This document shows, one piece after another, positions 29,397 to 39,000 of a stretch of 45,421 bases of DNA. The translations under genes were made by a program, and so were the position numbers. Every line of letters starts with the position of its first letter. The stretch's first letter is position 1. Under the pieces are notes generated by a model. It was not told the DNA's origin. It did not search any database and saw only the letters and a list, made by a program, of their open reading frames with translations. The stretch comes from Deltaproteobacteria bacterium TL4 (GTDB lineage Bacteria > SAR324 > NAC60-12): assembly GCA_051382335.1 (NCBI GenBank), contig JBBCAX010000043.1:1-45421 (forward strand), read 5' to 3'.

Positions 29397-29788
29397 TTAT
29401 AGCAGACACTCATATAATTATCTGGGATGCGTTAAAACCGGGATTGCTTTCGAAAAAAGCAAAAAAAGCCATAGTTCAGGCAAATGAAGAAAATGGAATA
29501 ATATTTTGTGAAATATCACTATGGGAAATCGCAATGCTTGTCCAAAAAGGAAGAATTAGCATTGATGTTCCCTATCAAGATTTCATTAAATTGGTGCTTT
29601 CATCAAACAAATATCTATTTCAGGGGATTACTCCAGAGATTGCCGAATTATCAACACAACTCCCGGAAAATATAAACAAAGATCCAGCAGATAGAATCAT
29701 TGCGGCCACATCAATTGTTATGAAACAGCCATTGGTTACCGCAGATAATAATCTAATTCAGGCTGATAGTATTACAACAATCTGGTGA
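29393..29788 (+). CDS. vapC: PIN-domain (VapC-family) toxin
   Basis: IIADTHIIIW, ISLWEI, KDPADRIIAAT, LVTAD. Confidence 0.9.
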   Translation: MIIADTHIIIWDALKPGLLSKKAKKAIVQANEENGIIFCEISLWEIAMLVQKGRISIDVPYQDFIKLVLSSNKYLFQGITPEIAELSTQLPENINKDPADRIIAATSIVMKQPLVTADNNLIQADSITTIW

Positions 29789-29823
29789 GTAGAAGAGATC
29801 TTTTAAGAAGAAACCCCAATCGA

Positions 29824-29932
29824 ATCGGGTAGGTAGCGGTTTTTCTCCGTCACCTCCCACACCACCGTACATGCGGCTCCGTCTACGGCGGTTCGTAGAA
29901 ATCATCGCGCTGTCGCGGATTAGCGAATCCAC
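29824..29932 (-). mobile_element. 3' fragment (end of IEP, domains V-VI) of a second copy of the same group IIC intron
   Basis: Near-identical to 28030-28130; domain V GAACCGCCGTAGACGGAGCCGCATGTACGGTGGT; ends CTACCCGAT. Confidence 0.85.
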
Positions 29933-30206
29933 CGCGGAAGTTACTCAAAATTTACGTTGGGAGGCCGGATTTTTAGGTGGTTTAGGGGGGACCTAAGCGC
30001 ACCAGGATCTGGACCCTAAAGAAAAAAATGAATATGATTGTTGATGCCAGAAATAAAACAGCGCAGATGGGAAGCAACCGTTTTTATTATGTTTGGTGAA
30101 CCGTATGGGGTTAAATGGCAATTTGCGGCCTATCAGTGCGAATAGTAAAAACATCGTTTCACGCGACGAGTCGCCAATCATGATCTAAAGTAACCAGGAG
30201 TTAAAG

Positions 30207-31163
30207 ATGAACAAAATCGTTGTATTGAAGTTGGTCGGTCTAAAATACTCCGGGGATTCCATCGGGAGTGACCTGCGGATCGAAATTGAGGCGATCAATC
30301 ATTTCGTGGGAATCAACAAGAAACTATCCAAGGGAAAAAGCGTTGCTCTCAACCAGGAGATTGGGCAGTTCCTAACCAACCAGTCTTCCTTTTCACTGCC
30401 TGTTCATATTTGTATCATCGAAAGAGACCCGATTTTCAACGATGTCGGGACTCTGCAAATCATCATCAAAGTTGACTTGAACGCTTCCTCACCCCAGCGC
30501 AACACGCATCAAATCGAGGTCGAGGAATTCGGGGGACTGTTCAGCAAACACATCGCCGTTTTTCATGTGACGCTGGAAATTCTTGTTCTGCAAGCGACTC
30601 GTTATATATCGGGTGTGTCACATGGATGGTTGCAAGTCCGATTGGATGATGATCGTTCAAGGGAATCCCTGCCAGCCAATCTTAAAATTGAGATTTATCA
30701 CATTGATCATAAACGTGAATATTTCACCATTCTTGAAGGACCATATCGGGGCAAAAAGGCTTCTGTGGGTTTTAAAAAAGATGGCTCCTCCCATCTTTCG
30801 ATGGACAACCCACAGACTGGTCCAGTCCGTTTGATCTACTCTATCTCCAAAAAAACTCTCAGTTTTAATGGTAAGACATATTTAGCGAAGGATTATCCCT
30901 CCAGCCCCTGGAAGAAAGGACTTTATGATATTGAAATTCCTGATTTCCCCCATCCAGGAGGACGAAATTACCCAGAGGTCCACTATGCCTTAAGTTGGTT
31001 TCGCGTCGGCCATGAAGGCGACCGCTACATCCATACGGGACGCGCTTCGCTGGGGTGCATCACGATCCTTGAACGTGACCGATGGGATGATCTGTATAGG
31101 AATTTGATTAAGGCCAGAAAAGGTGATGGGATCAGTATCGGCACACTTCAAGTTGTGGAGTAA
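30207..31163 (+). CDS. Protein with C-terminal L,D-transpeptidase-like (Tlde1/DUF2778-type) domain
   Basis: RBS AGGAG; RYIHTGRASLGCITI His/Cys motif, preceded by KGLYDI and followed by W..LY..L. Confidence 0.6.
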   Translation: MNKIVVLKLVGLKYSGDSIGSDLRIEIEAINHFVGINKKLSKGKSVALNQEIGQFLTNQSSFSLPVHICIIERDPIFNDVGTLQIIIKVDLNASSPQRNTHQIEVEEFGGLFSKHIAVFHVTLEILVLQATRYISGVSHGWLQVRLDDDRSRESLPANLKIEIYHIDHKREYFTILEGPYRGKKASVGFKKDGSSHLSMDNPQTGPVRLIYSISKKTLSFNGKTYLAKDYPSSPWKKGLYDIEIPDFPHPGGRNYPEVHYALSWFRVGHEGDRYIHTGRASLGCITILERDRWDDLYRNLIKARKGDGISIGTLQVVE

Positions 31164-31166
31164 CCG

Positions 31167-31682
31167 ATGTTTCGTATTATTCCAAACTTTGCCATTATAG
31201 TCGCTACAATGTTTCTATCGATAGGTTGTGATAGAGATCAAGTAAAGGAATTTGGTCCTCTCAAACTGGGAGGACCGACTCCTTATAAGCCTGGTGATTC
31301 TGTAGCCTATCATTTGAGAAAGATACCCCAATCGAAGTTTTACATTTATGTGGCGGAAAAAGATCTTTTACCGGATTGTGCCTTTGAAGATTGCGGTATT
31401 CATGGAGGGGTCGTGGAGTGCTTGGGTGGGTGGCTCTCAGGCAATAGCACAGATCAGCCTACACATACCGAAGCGTTCGGCTTAGACAAAAGCGAGGCGA
31501 CCTCCATCATTGTAGTGGCCGATCAGGATTCAACAATTGTCGGAATTTACCCCAATTACACGATGCAAAATCTTCCGGAGATTCTGAAACGACATGCGGA
31601 TCTCATCGATTTTGGAAGTTTTGCCGTCAAATGCCCACGTGGTGACCAAACAGTATGTTGCGGATGCGGACAGGATTTGTGA
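31167..31682 (+). CDS. Putative lipoprotein, candidate immunity protein
   Basis: GGAG RBS, 3 nt after the upstream stop; signal FAIIVATMFLSIGC with lipobox; Cys-rich. Confidence 0.65.
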   Translation: MFRIIPNFAIIVATMFLSIGCDRDQVKEFGPLKLGGPTPYKPGDSVAYHLRKIPQSKFYIYVAEKDLLPDCAFEDCGIHGGVVECLGGWLSGNSTDQPTHTEAFGLDKSEATSIIVVADQDSTIVGIYPNYTMQNLPEILKRHADLIDFGSFAVKCPRGDQTVCCGCGQDL

Positions 31683-31691
31683 ACGGAAGCA

Positions 31692-31770
31692 GCCCAACCA
31701 GTCGTTACGCCGACACCACCCCGCGCGTTTTTTGCCAAGTTTTGAGGTGGTGTGACCGTTCATTTTCAGG
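31692..31770 (+). other. Degenerate or truncated attC site
   Basis: R'' GCCCAAC 9 nt after the stop, complementary at 6/7 positions to GTTGGGA at 29956; AACCAGTCGTT..GCCGAC start; inner stem ACACCACC/GGTGGTGT; 3' arm replaced by IS sequence. Confidence 0.5.
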
Positions 31771-32020
31771 GAGTGTTACGGTCGTTGATCAGCTTTTAGA
31801 AAAACATCATTTCCGTCCTCGTCAAGCCTTCAAAGCTGAGGCTGGAAAAAAGAACATACCACAGCGTGATGAGCAGTTTGAAAATATCGAACGGCTCAAT
31901 ACTTCCGTCCTCAATAAGACCTTTGAAACTGGACGCAAAGTAGCTTACGATTTCAGGAAAAACATGCGGATTCAATTTGACGAATATTTGCCTCAATGGA
32001 ATTATGTCGCTATTCCTTCT
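31771..32020 (+). mobile_element. ISAzo13-family transposase remnant with internal deletion
   Basis: SVTVVDQLLEKHHF...RDEQFENIERL joined directly to C-terminal KTFETGRKV...DEYLPQWNY. Confidence 0.75.
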
Positions 32021-32183
32021 GCAATGGCAGTTTCCCCCGCCTACCAATGTCCCGCTTTGTAAGAAAGTGGTAGAAGGGGAACGTGCCCCTCATTTTGCAG
32101 GGCATGTAATCCCGGCCTACCAATTACTTTCATGCTTCGTTGTGAGACTTGTCTCATGTAAGTGGGTAGCCAACGCTGTTTCA

Positions 32184-32259
32184 GGAGTGCCAAAGCTTGC
32201 TTTGGCCAGAAAGGCGAAGGCCTTTCTTGGGCTTTGGCCAAAGCAAGTTTTGCTACTCC
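32184..32259. repeat. REP-like nested palindrome
   Basis: Outer arms GGAGTGCCAAAGCTTGCTTTGGCCA / TGGCCAAAGCAAGTTTTGCTACTCC (22/25 complementary); inner hairpin AGAAAGGC-GAAG-GCCTTTCT. Confidence 0.7.
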
Positions 32260-32327
32260 ACAGCCTGGGTTAGACTCAAAGGAATTTATTTAAAGGAACG
32301 TCTATAGATTAATTTAAACTGTAAAGA

Positions 32328-35300
32328 TTAAGAAAAGAAAGAGGCCTTTTTCAACTCCAACATGGTTTCTTTGATCGCGTGAATGATCTGTTCGACATCT
32401 TGATCCGTGTGCGCGGTGGAAATAAAGCAGATGGCTCTTTCCCACATATAAACGCCATGATATCGCAGTAGAAACAAGAACAAATCCATCCTTAAATTTT
32501 TCAAATTCGGATGGGTCTGTTCCAGATCCTTGAAGTAAAACAGGGAGCCAAAATTTTCGCACCGAATTGGAAATTGTTCTTCATTAAAAAACTGATTCAA
32601 GGTCGCGGCCAGATGATTTCCTTTGCGATTGGCTTCATCCTGCAACGTGGAACCCTGTTCTTTTATATGCAGTAAGGCGGCTCGTGACGTTGCCAGGGTT
32701 AAAGGATGTCTGCAGAACGTTCCCGCGAAAACCGTGACTTGAGCTTTGGGATGGGAATCATCTCCAAATTGCCACATTCCCCCATCAATAGCATCCATGA
32801 ATTTGCTTTTCCCCGCTAAAATTCCAATGGGCATCCCACCCCCCACAATTTTTCCATAAGTCACTAAATCCGCTTTGATGCCAAAATGGGCTTGGGCACC
32901 TCCGGGTTGAATCCGGAAGCCTGTGATCATTTCGTCAAAAATCAGGGCGATTTCTTTTTCCAGAGTTAATTGACGCAACCCTTGTAAAAAGGACAGGGGT
33001 TGTAGCGCGGGGTTTCGACTTTGTACCGGTTCCACCAACACCGCCGCAATGTCAGCGGCATGTTCCCTGATGATGTCCAACGATTTGGGATCTCCATATT
33101 CCAACACCAAAACGTGTTTTTCCAGCTCAGGCATCAAGCCCGGCGAAACCGGTGCCGCTTTCCCGTCCTTGCCTGTCGCGAAGGCCAGAATCAAATCCAT
33201 GGTTCCGTGATAGGAACCGGTGAAAAAAACAATTTTACGACGTTTGGTCACCGTTCTCGCGACACGTACCGCCATCATCACGGCTTCAGAACCTGTATTG
33301 CAAAACGTCACCCGTTCCACACCTGTGATTTCGTGGATCAACTCAGCAACTTCTCCCGCGTAATCGGCCTGCATTCCCAACGCGTAACCGGTTTGGAGCT
33401 GCTCTATAATCGCGTCCCGGATAAAGTCAGGATTATGTCCAAAGAAATGCACTCCGAAGCCTACCGCGATATCAAGATATTCATTGCCGTCAAGATCCCA
33501 GAATCTCGCGCCTTCGGAGCGTTTGGCAACCAGCGGGTAGGTCAACTCTTTCAATGTCAGTCTCAAGGATAAGGAGTTGATCCAGTCACTCAACACCGCG
33601 CGATGCTTTTGCGCATAAGCCTTGGAACCTTGGGTTTTGTTGTTGTAACGCTCAATGAACTGCTGAATAAACGCTTGCTGCTGAGGAGACTGAGCTTCTT
33701 TTTTTAATTGCAGCGAACGTATATTCGTGGTGGGCTTTGGCGTTTCCACGTCAGGAACTTCGACCGTTGGTTTTTCAACCAAGGGTTTATTGGCGGGCAC
33801 TTCAAAGGACGGCGCAACCGGAGACGAATGAGGGAACAACGATGCGGGCGCATTCCCTCGAAGCATCTCCATTTGCTGACTCATCAACGAAGCGAGTCCT
33901 TGTTGCTGATGCTTCCAGGTTTCCAATTGTAACGTAAACAAACGATCTAACGCGAAATTTGGAACAGGCGCACATGGATTCACCATTCCAACTGTCGGAG
34001 ACTGTGATACTCCCGCAAATTCTTGATGAGGAAAATTAAAAGTTGAAGCCGACGAGTAATCACTGGAAGTTATAAAATCGGGCTGTTCGATAGCCGTAGT
34101 CACAAGGGGTTGCGCATAATTTACTACAACACTGTGCTGCACTGGAGTTGGAGCGACCCAATATCGTCGATCTTGAAAAGGATAAGTAGGCAGAGATATT
34201 TTAGGAAATTTCAAGCCTTTGTAGAAAGTCTCCCAATCAATGGCGGCACCTTCAAGATAGCGTTCTCCAAGCGATTGAAGCTGAGCGTTGGAAGGCTTGT
34301 CTCTAAGACTCCAGGACTGTTTTTCCAGTTTGCTCCGACCTTTTGCTCTTCCTTGCAGTACTGAGCCTTTTCCTTCGATAAACTGAGAAAGTGTGGCGCG
34401 TAATTCCTCAAGGGAAGCAACCATCAAAACCAAACGTTCTTCAAAAGGAACTCGACCGGTATTGGCAGTATAACACAAACTTCCTAAATCAACCTCAGGA
34501 TGTTTTTCCAGATAACCAACATAGCGCTGAGCCATTTCCTTCAACGCGGTGCTATCTTTGGCAGCAAGCGTCAGCAAGTGAGTTTTCAGGGTGATTTTTT
34601 GCGTAACCTCAATACCTGATTCAGGCGCCAGCCCAAGAATCACATGGGCATTAGAACCATTCATTCCAAAAGAACTGATGCCCGCCAAACTTTGCAATTT
34701 CGGCCACGGTCTTACAGAGGTTGGTATTTCCACAGGCATGCCCTCCCAGTCAATATGCTTTGTGGGGGTTTTAAAATTAGCGTGAGGTGGCACTTCACGG
34801 TGATGTAAGGATTGAACGACTTTGATGAGTCCCGCAATCCCGGCTCCCGCTTCAAGGTGTCCTATGTTGCTTTTCGCTGTGGAGACCAACAGTGGTGTCT
34901 CTTTGGAGCGGTTTTCACAATAGGCTTTTTGAATCGCTTCCATCTCAATGGGATCCCCTAAAGGGGTTCCGGTTCCATGAGCTTCAACGTACCCCACTTC
35001 TTCAGGTTCGGCCCCTGCGTTTTTCAAAGCTTGGCTGATTAGCATCTGCTGGGCCTTTTTATTAGGAACTGTCAAACCGCTTGAGGCGCCATCATGATTA
35101 ATCGCGGATCCGCGAATCAACGCCAAGATGCGATCGCCCTCCGCGACAGCGTCCCGTAAGCGTTTCAAAACTACGATGCCGCAGCCTTCACCTCTTGAAT
35201 AGCCATCAGCGGCCTCATCAAAAGAATGACATTTGCTTGTAGGAGAAAGGGCTTCGACCTTGCACATGAAAACTGTATTTTCGGGATTCAGCATCAAGCT

Positions 35301-36005
35301 GGCACCTCCAACAATCGCAAGGTTGCATTCCTTACTTCTCAAACTTTGGCAAGCGAGATGTGTCGTGGTTAATGAGGAAGAACAGGCGGTATCCACATGC
35401 ATACTGGGGCCTTGAAAACCAAAGAAATAAGAGATCCGTCCTGTCGCGAAAGAGGCGACAACTCCCAAACCGGAGTAGGCGTCTATTTTTTGAGCGTCAA
35501 ATAAATAACCCGTGTTTTTGAAATAATCATAGGCGGCTAAACCAACAAAAACTCCAGTTTGAGAACCTTTTAATTTATCTGCCCGGAGCCCCGCGTCCTC
35601 CAACGCTTCCCAGGTCAATTCCAGGAGGAAGCGGTGTTGGGGATCAATCTTTTCCGCTTCTTTGGGAGTGATGCCAAAAAAAGGAGCGTCGAAGCGATCC
35701 ACAGGGTGCGTAATGAAGCCACTTTGGCGGATATAAATTTTTCCAGGCGCATGATGGTCAGAATCGTAATATTCTTCCAGATTCCAACGGTCAGGAGGAA
35801 TATCACGCATACCATCATATCCCTGACGTAAAAGTTCCCAGAATTCTTCGGGTGAATTTGCGCCTCCAGGTAAACGGCAAGCGGTACCAATGACCGCAAT
35901 GGGTTCACTTTGAGCAAGTTTCAGTTCTTCAATTTTCTTGCTTGCCTCCTGCAGCGCATTCAAGATCCGCTGCTGTGAAACGCTTGCTTCATTTTCAGCA
36001 CTCAT
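32328..36005 (-). CDS. Polyketide synthase KS fused to a class III PLP aminotransferase (no AT or ACP recognised)
   Basis: KS triad DTACSSS, HGTGT, NIGHLE; LPTYPF; AMT motifs NTGSEA, EPVQSR, FDEMITGFR, TYGKIVGGG (PLP Lys), AGTF. Confidence 0.9.
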   Translation of the reverse strand: MSAENEASVSQQRILNALQEASKKIEELKLAQSEPIAVIGTACRLPGGANSPEEFWELLRQGYDGMRDIPPDRWNLEEYYDSDHHAPGKIYIRQSGFITHPVDRFDAPFFGITPKEAEKIDPQHRFLLELTWEALEDAGLRADKLKGSQTGVFVGLAAYDYFKNTGYLFDAQKIDAYSGLGVVASFATGRISYFFGFQGPSMHVDTACSSSLTTTHLACQSLRSKECNLAIVGGASLMLNPENTVFMCKVEALSPTSKCHSFDEAADGYSRGEGCGIVVLKRLRDAVAEGDRILALIRGSAINHDGASSGLTVPNKKAQQMLISQALKNAGAEPEEVGYVEAHGTGTPLGDPIEMEAIQKAYCENRSKETPLLVSTAKSNIGHLEAGAGIAGLIKVVQSLHHREVPPHANFKTPTKHIDWEGMPVEIPTSVRPWPKLQSLAGISSFGMNGSNAHVILGLAPESGIEVTQKITLKTHLLTLAAKDSTALKEMAQRYVGYLEKHPEVDLGSLCYTANTGRVPFEERLVLMVASLEELRATLSQFIEGKGSVLQGRAKGRSKLEKQSWSLRDKPSNAQLQSLGERYLEGAAIDWETFYKGLKFPKISLPTYPFQDRRYWVAPTPVQHSVVVNYAQPLVTTAIEQPDFITSSDYSSASTFNFPHQEFAGVSQSPTVGMVNPCAPVPNFALDRLFTLQLETWKHQQQGLASLMSQQMEMLRGNAPASLFPHSSPVAPSFEVPANKPLVEKPTVEVPDVETPKPTTNIRSLQLKKEAQSPQQQAFIQQFIERYNNKTQGSKAYAQKHRAVLSDWINSLSLRLTLKELTYPLVAKRSEGARFWDLDGNEYLDIAVGFGVHFFGHNPDFIRDAIIEQLQTGYALGMQADYAGEVAELIHEITGVERVTFCNTGSEAVMMAVRVARTVTKRRKIVFFTGSYHGTMDLILAFATGKDGKAAPVSPGLMPELEKHVLVLEYGDPKSLDIIREHAADIAAVLVEPVQSRNPALQPLSFLQGLRQLTLEKEIALIFDEMITGFRIQPGGAQAHFGIKADLVTYGKIVGGGMPIGILAGKSKFMDAIDGGMWQFGDDSHPKAQVTVFAGTFCRHPLTLATSRAALLHIKEQGSTLQDEANRKGNHLAATLNQFFNEEQFPIRCENFGSLFYFKDLEQTHPNLKNLRMDLFLFLLRYHGVYMWERAICFISTAHTDQDVEQIIHAIKETMLELKKASFFS

Positions 36006-36035
36006 AGCAAAAAATCCTTTACAAATAAATAACTT

Positions 36036-39000
36036 TCAGCACTTCAACAAGGCTTCCAGTTTAGCGAGTTCCAAATCAAGAGCGCTTGGTTGCGAACCCT
36101 CCCTAGCCTGGGTAGAGCTTAAATGAGCTGTGTTTTCAGAAGGGTTCAGGCGTTTTGCTAAAACCTCTTCCTCACGAGAATCTTCAGGAATTAATGCTTC
36201 CAACAAATACAGGGTCAACTCCTCCATATTCGGATATTCAAACGCAAGGGTTGAGGATAATTTTACACTGAGCGCGTTTTGTAAATTTCGACGTAATTCC
36301 TGACTCATTAACGAGTCCATCCCCATATCAAAAAAGCCGCGATCCGGGGGGATTTCCAGCGTTTCCGGCTGTCCCAGAACTTTACCTACTTGAATTTCCA
36401 GAAAAGCATAAAGAATTTCGTATCGTTCCTGGGGGGACGATTTTTCGAGCTTTCTTAAAAACTCAGAATTATTGTCGGCCTTTGAAAAGGATTCTGACAA
36501 TAAATGTTCCTCAGTCAGTGTTCTCAAAAAGGCGGGAACCTGTTCAAACTGATGGGTGTATTTTCCCCATTCCATGGGAGTCGCCACCACCTGGCAGCGA
36601 TCCTGTTTGAGCAACTGCCCGAAAATTTTCACGCCTTGAGCCACCGGAATTAAACCAAAGCCCAGTTCTTTCAAACGGGCCTGATCTCGTTGAGAGGCGT
36701 CTCTTAATCGACTTTTTGATTCCCAAACCCCCCAATTGATACTCAACGCGCAGAGTCCCTGACGTTGTCGTTCATGAGCTAAACAATCCATAAACGCGTT
36801 GGCTGAGGTATAATTGGCTTGTCCTGGAAATCCAAGAACCGCTGTATTGGAAGAAAAGAAAACCATAAAATCCAAAGGAATACTCAGTGTCATTTTATGA
36901 AGATTCCAACTTCCCCATAACTTGGAGGACTGGACCTTGGTGAATTGTTCCCAGGACATACGATGCAGCATGGCGTTATCCAATGTCCCGGCCGCATGGA
37001 TGATTCCACGCAAGGGAGCCAAATTTGCTTGAATGTGGTTCAAAACGCCTGCAACGGAATCCTGGTCAGAAACATCAGATTGAATGAAGGTGATTTGAAC
37101 TCCCTGATGTTCCAGGTCTTCAAGGTGCTGCTGTTGGACTTTATCCATTTCACGTCGACCGCTTAGAATCAAAGACCGTGCGCCTTGAGCAATCAACCAG
37201 TCCGTAATATGGCGCCCGATGCCGCCCAAACCTCCTGTTACCCAATAACTCGCGTCACTGTCTATAGTGAGGGACGCTGTTTCCTGAGTCGCTGGTTCCT
37301 GATAAGGTTTTAATTGAGCCACATAACGTTTGCCGGAAGACCAGGCAACTTGTGTCTCCTGTTGAAAATCGCACAATTCCCCAAAAAGAGTGTGTGCGGT
37401 TGTTGGCGCGTAAGGCTGATCCAAATCAATCAGAGCGCAAGTCCATTCAGGATATTCCAGGGATAGGGAGCGAACCATTCCCCACAACAACGCTTGATGA
37501 ACTTGCAAGGGTGCCAGGGAAGGTTCAAGCCTTTGTGTTTCCTGAGTTACAAACCACCACCTTAAAGGATGCTCCCACTTCCGCGTTCCAAGGGCCTGTA
37601 CCAAATGCAAAGTACTGGCACATCCTGCCTGCTGCATGAATTCCAGGGAATCCTGATCGACTTGCGGCACCGAAGTATTGAGACTCCATAAATGAATAAT
37701 GCCCTGACAGGAAAGCAGGTTATGACCGAAAGCCTCGCTTAACAGGACTTCAAAATCATGAGGTTCCAGAGGATTAACACGATAATGGTCGGGATCTATT
37801 TGTTGATACGCATTTCCCATCGAAACCAAAACGCAGCGTTTTCCTTGCGCTCGTAAGAAGGCGGCTTGTTGTTTTCCCAAGCCGGCTTCATCGGCCAGGA
37901 TTAGCCAGCTTTCAAGACTTCCGATTTTTGAAAGCTCATGAGTCGCGGGAAGGGGCTGAGGCTGCCATTCAATTTGATAGAGCCAATCCTGAGGAGAAGT
38001 CTCCCTGTTTTGAAGGAGTTCCAGTTGCACTTCCTGTAAGGTAAAACCTTCTATATACGAGGCTAAGGTTCCATCTTCCAGGAAGATCCAGGTATCAAAA
38101 CTAATCTGTTCTGAGGTCTCATCTTCGGATCGTACCAACCGCACATAACTCCAAACTTTATTTTCAGGTTGTTGATAGAGATGCACCCTTTTGAGGCCAC
38201 TGGGTAAGTAGGACACTCCAGGAGTTTCGGTCATCATCACCGCGCCGGTAACATGCCAACTGACATCCAATAAAACGGGATGAAGTAAGTATTCCTGACT
38301 GTCGGCTTGTAACTCCACAGGTAATTCTACCAATCCCAGTCCGCAACCTTGTCCGATTTGAACCGATTTCATCGACTGGAACAACGGACCATAGTGAAGT
38401 CCTATTTCATAAAGACGGGGATATAAATTAACAAAAACATTGGGACATTGTCGCTTCAAATCCTGCAACTTTAAGGCGGGAGGCCTTTTTTCCCGCGACG
38501 CGATATAGGCTTCCCCTGTAACATTCAAAGTCCATTTCCGCTCTTCATCGGAATTGTTTTTCAGAGGGCTTGTAAAAACCTGAAATTGACACTGATTGTT
38601 TTCATTGGGTGAAAAAATGTACTGGATTTCTGTTTCTGTATTCAATAAAAACGGCTTTTTGATGGAAAGGTTCTGTAATCCTACCTGCTCCTGCTTTAAA
38701 CCAACTTTTGCTCCCGCCAATAACGGATCGGGATAACCGGAGGCAGGCAGGATACATTGTCCCATCGCACGGTGATCTTTGAAAAAGTAATGCTCTCCAT
38801 TCAGTTTTGAAACAAAAATTGTTTCTTGCGCAGGCGATGCGAGTTTATGTCCCAGAATAGGATGAATTTGTTTCCGTGCATGAACAGAAGTTGCCGAGAT
38901 CTCAGAGTATGAACCGCGTTGGACTTCAGTGGCCTCGAGCATATACGATTGACGCTGCCATGGATAAGTGGGTAAGGAAACTCGTCGATAGGTGGGATGA

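Noticed and set aside
29963..30200. Small gene at the start of the toxin-like cassette
   Set aside because: Only short open frames without a clear RBS or motif; cannot be supported
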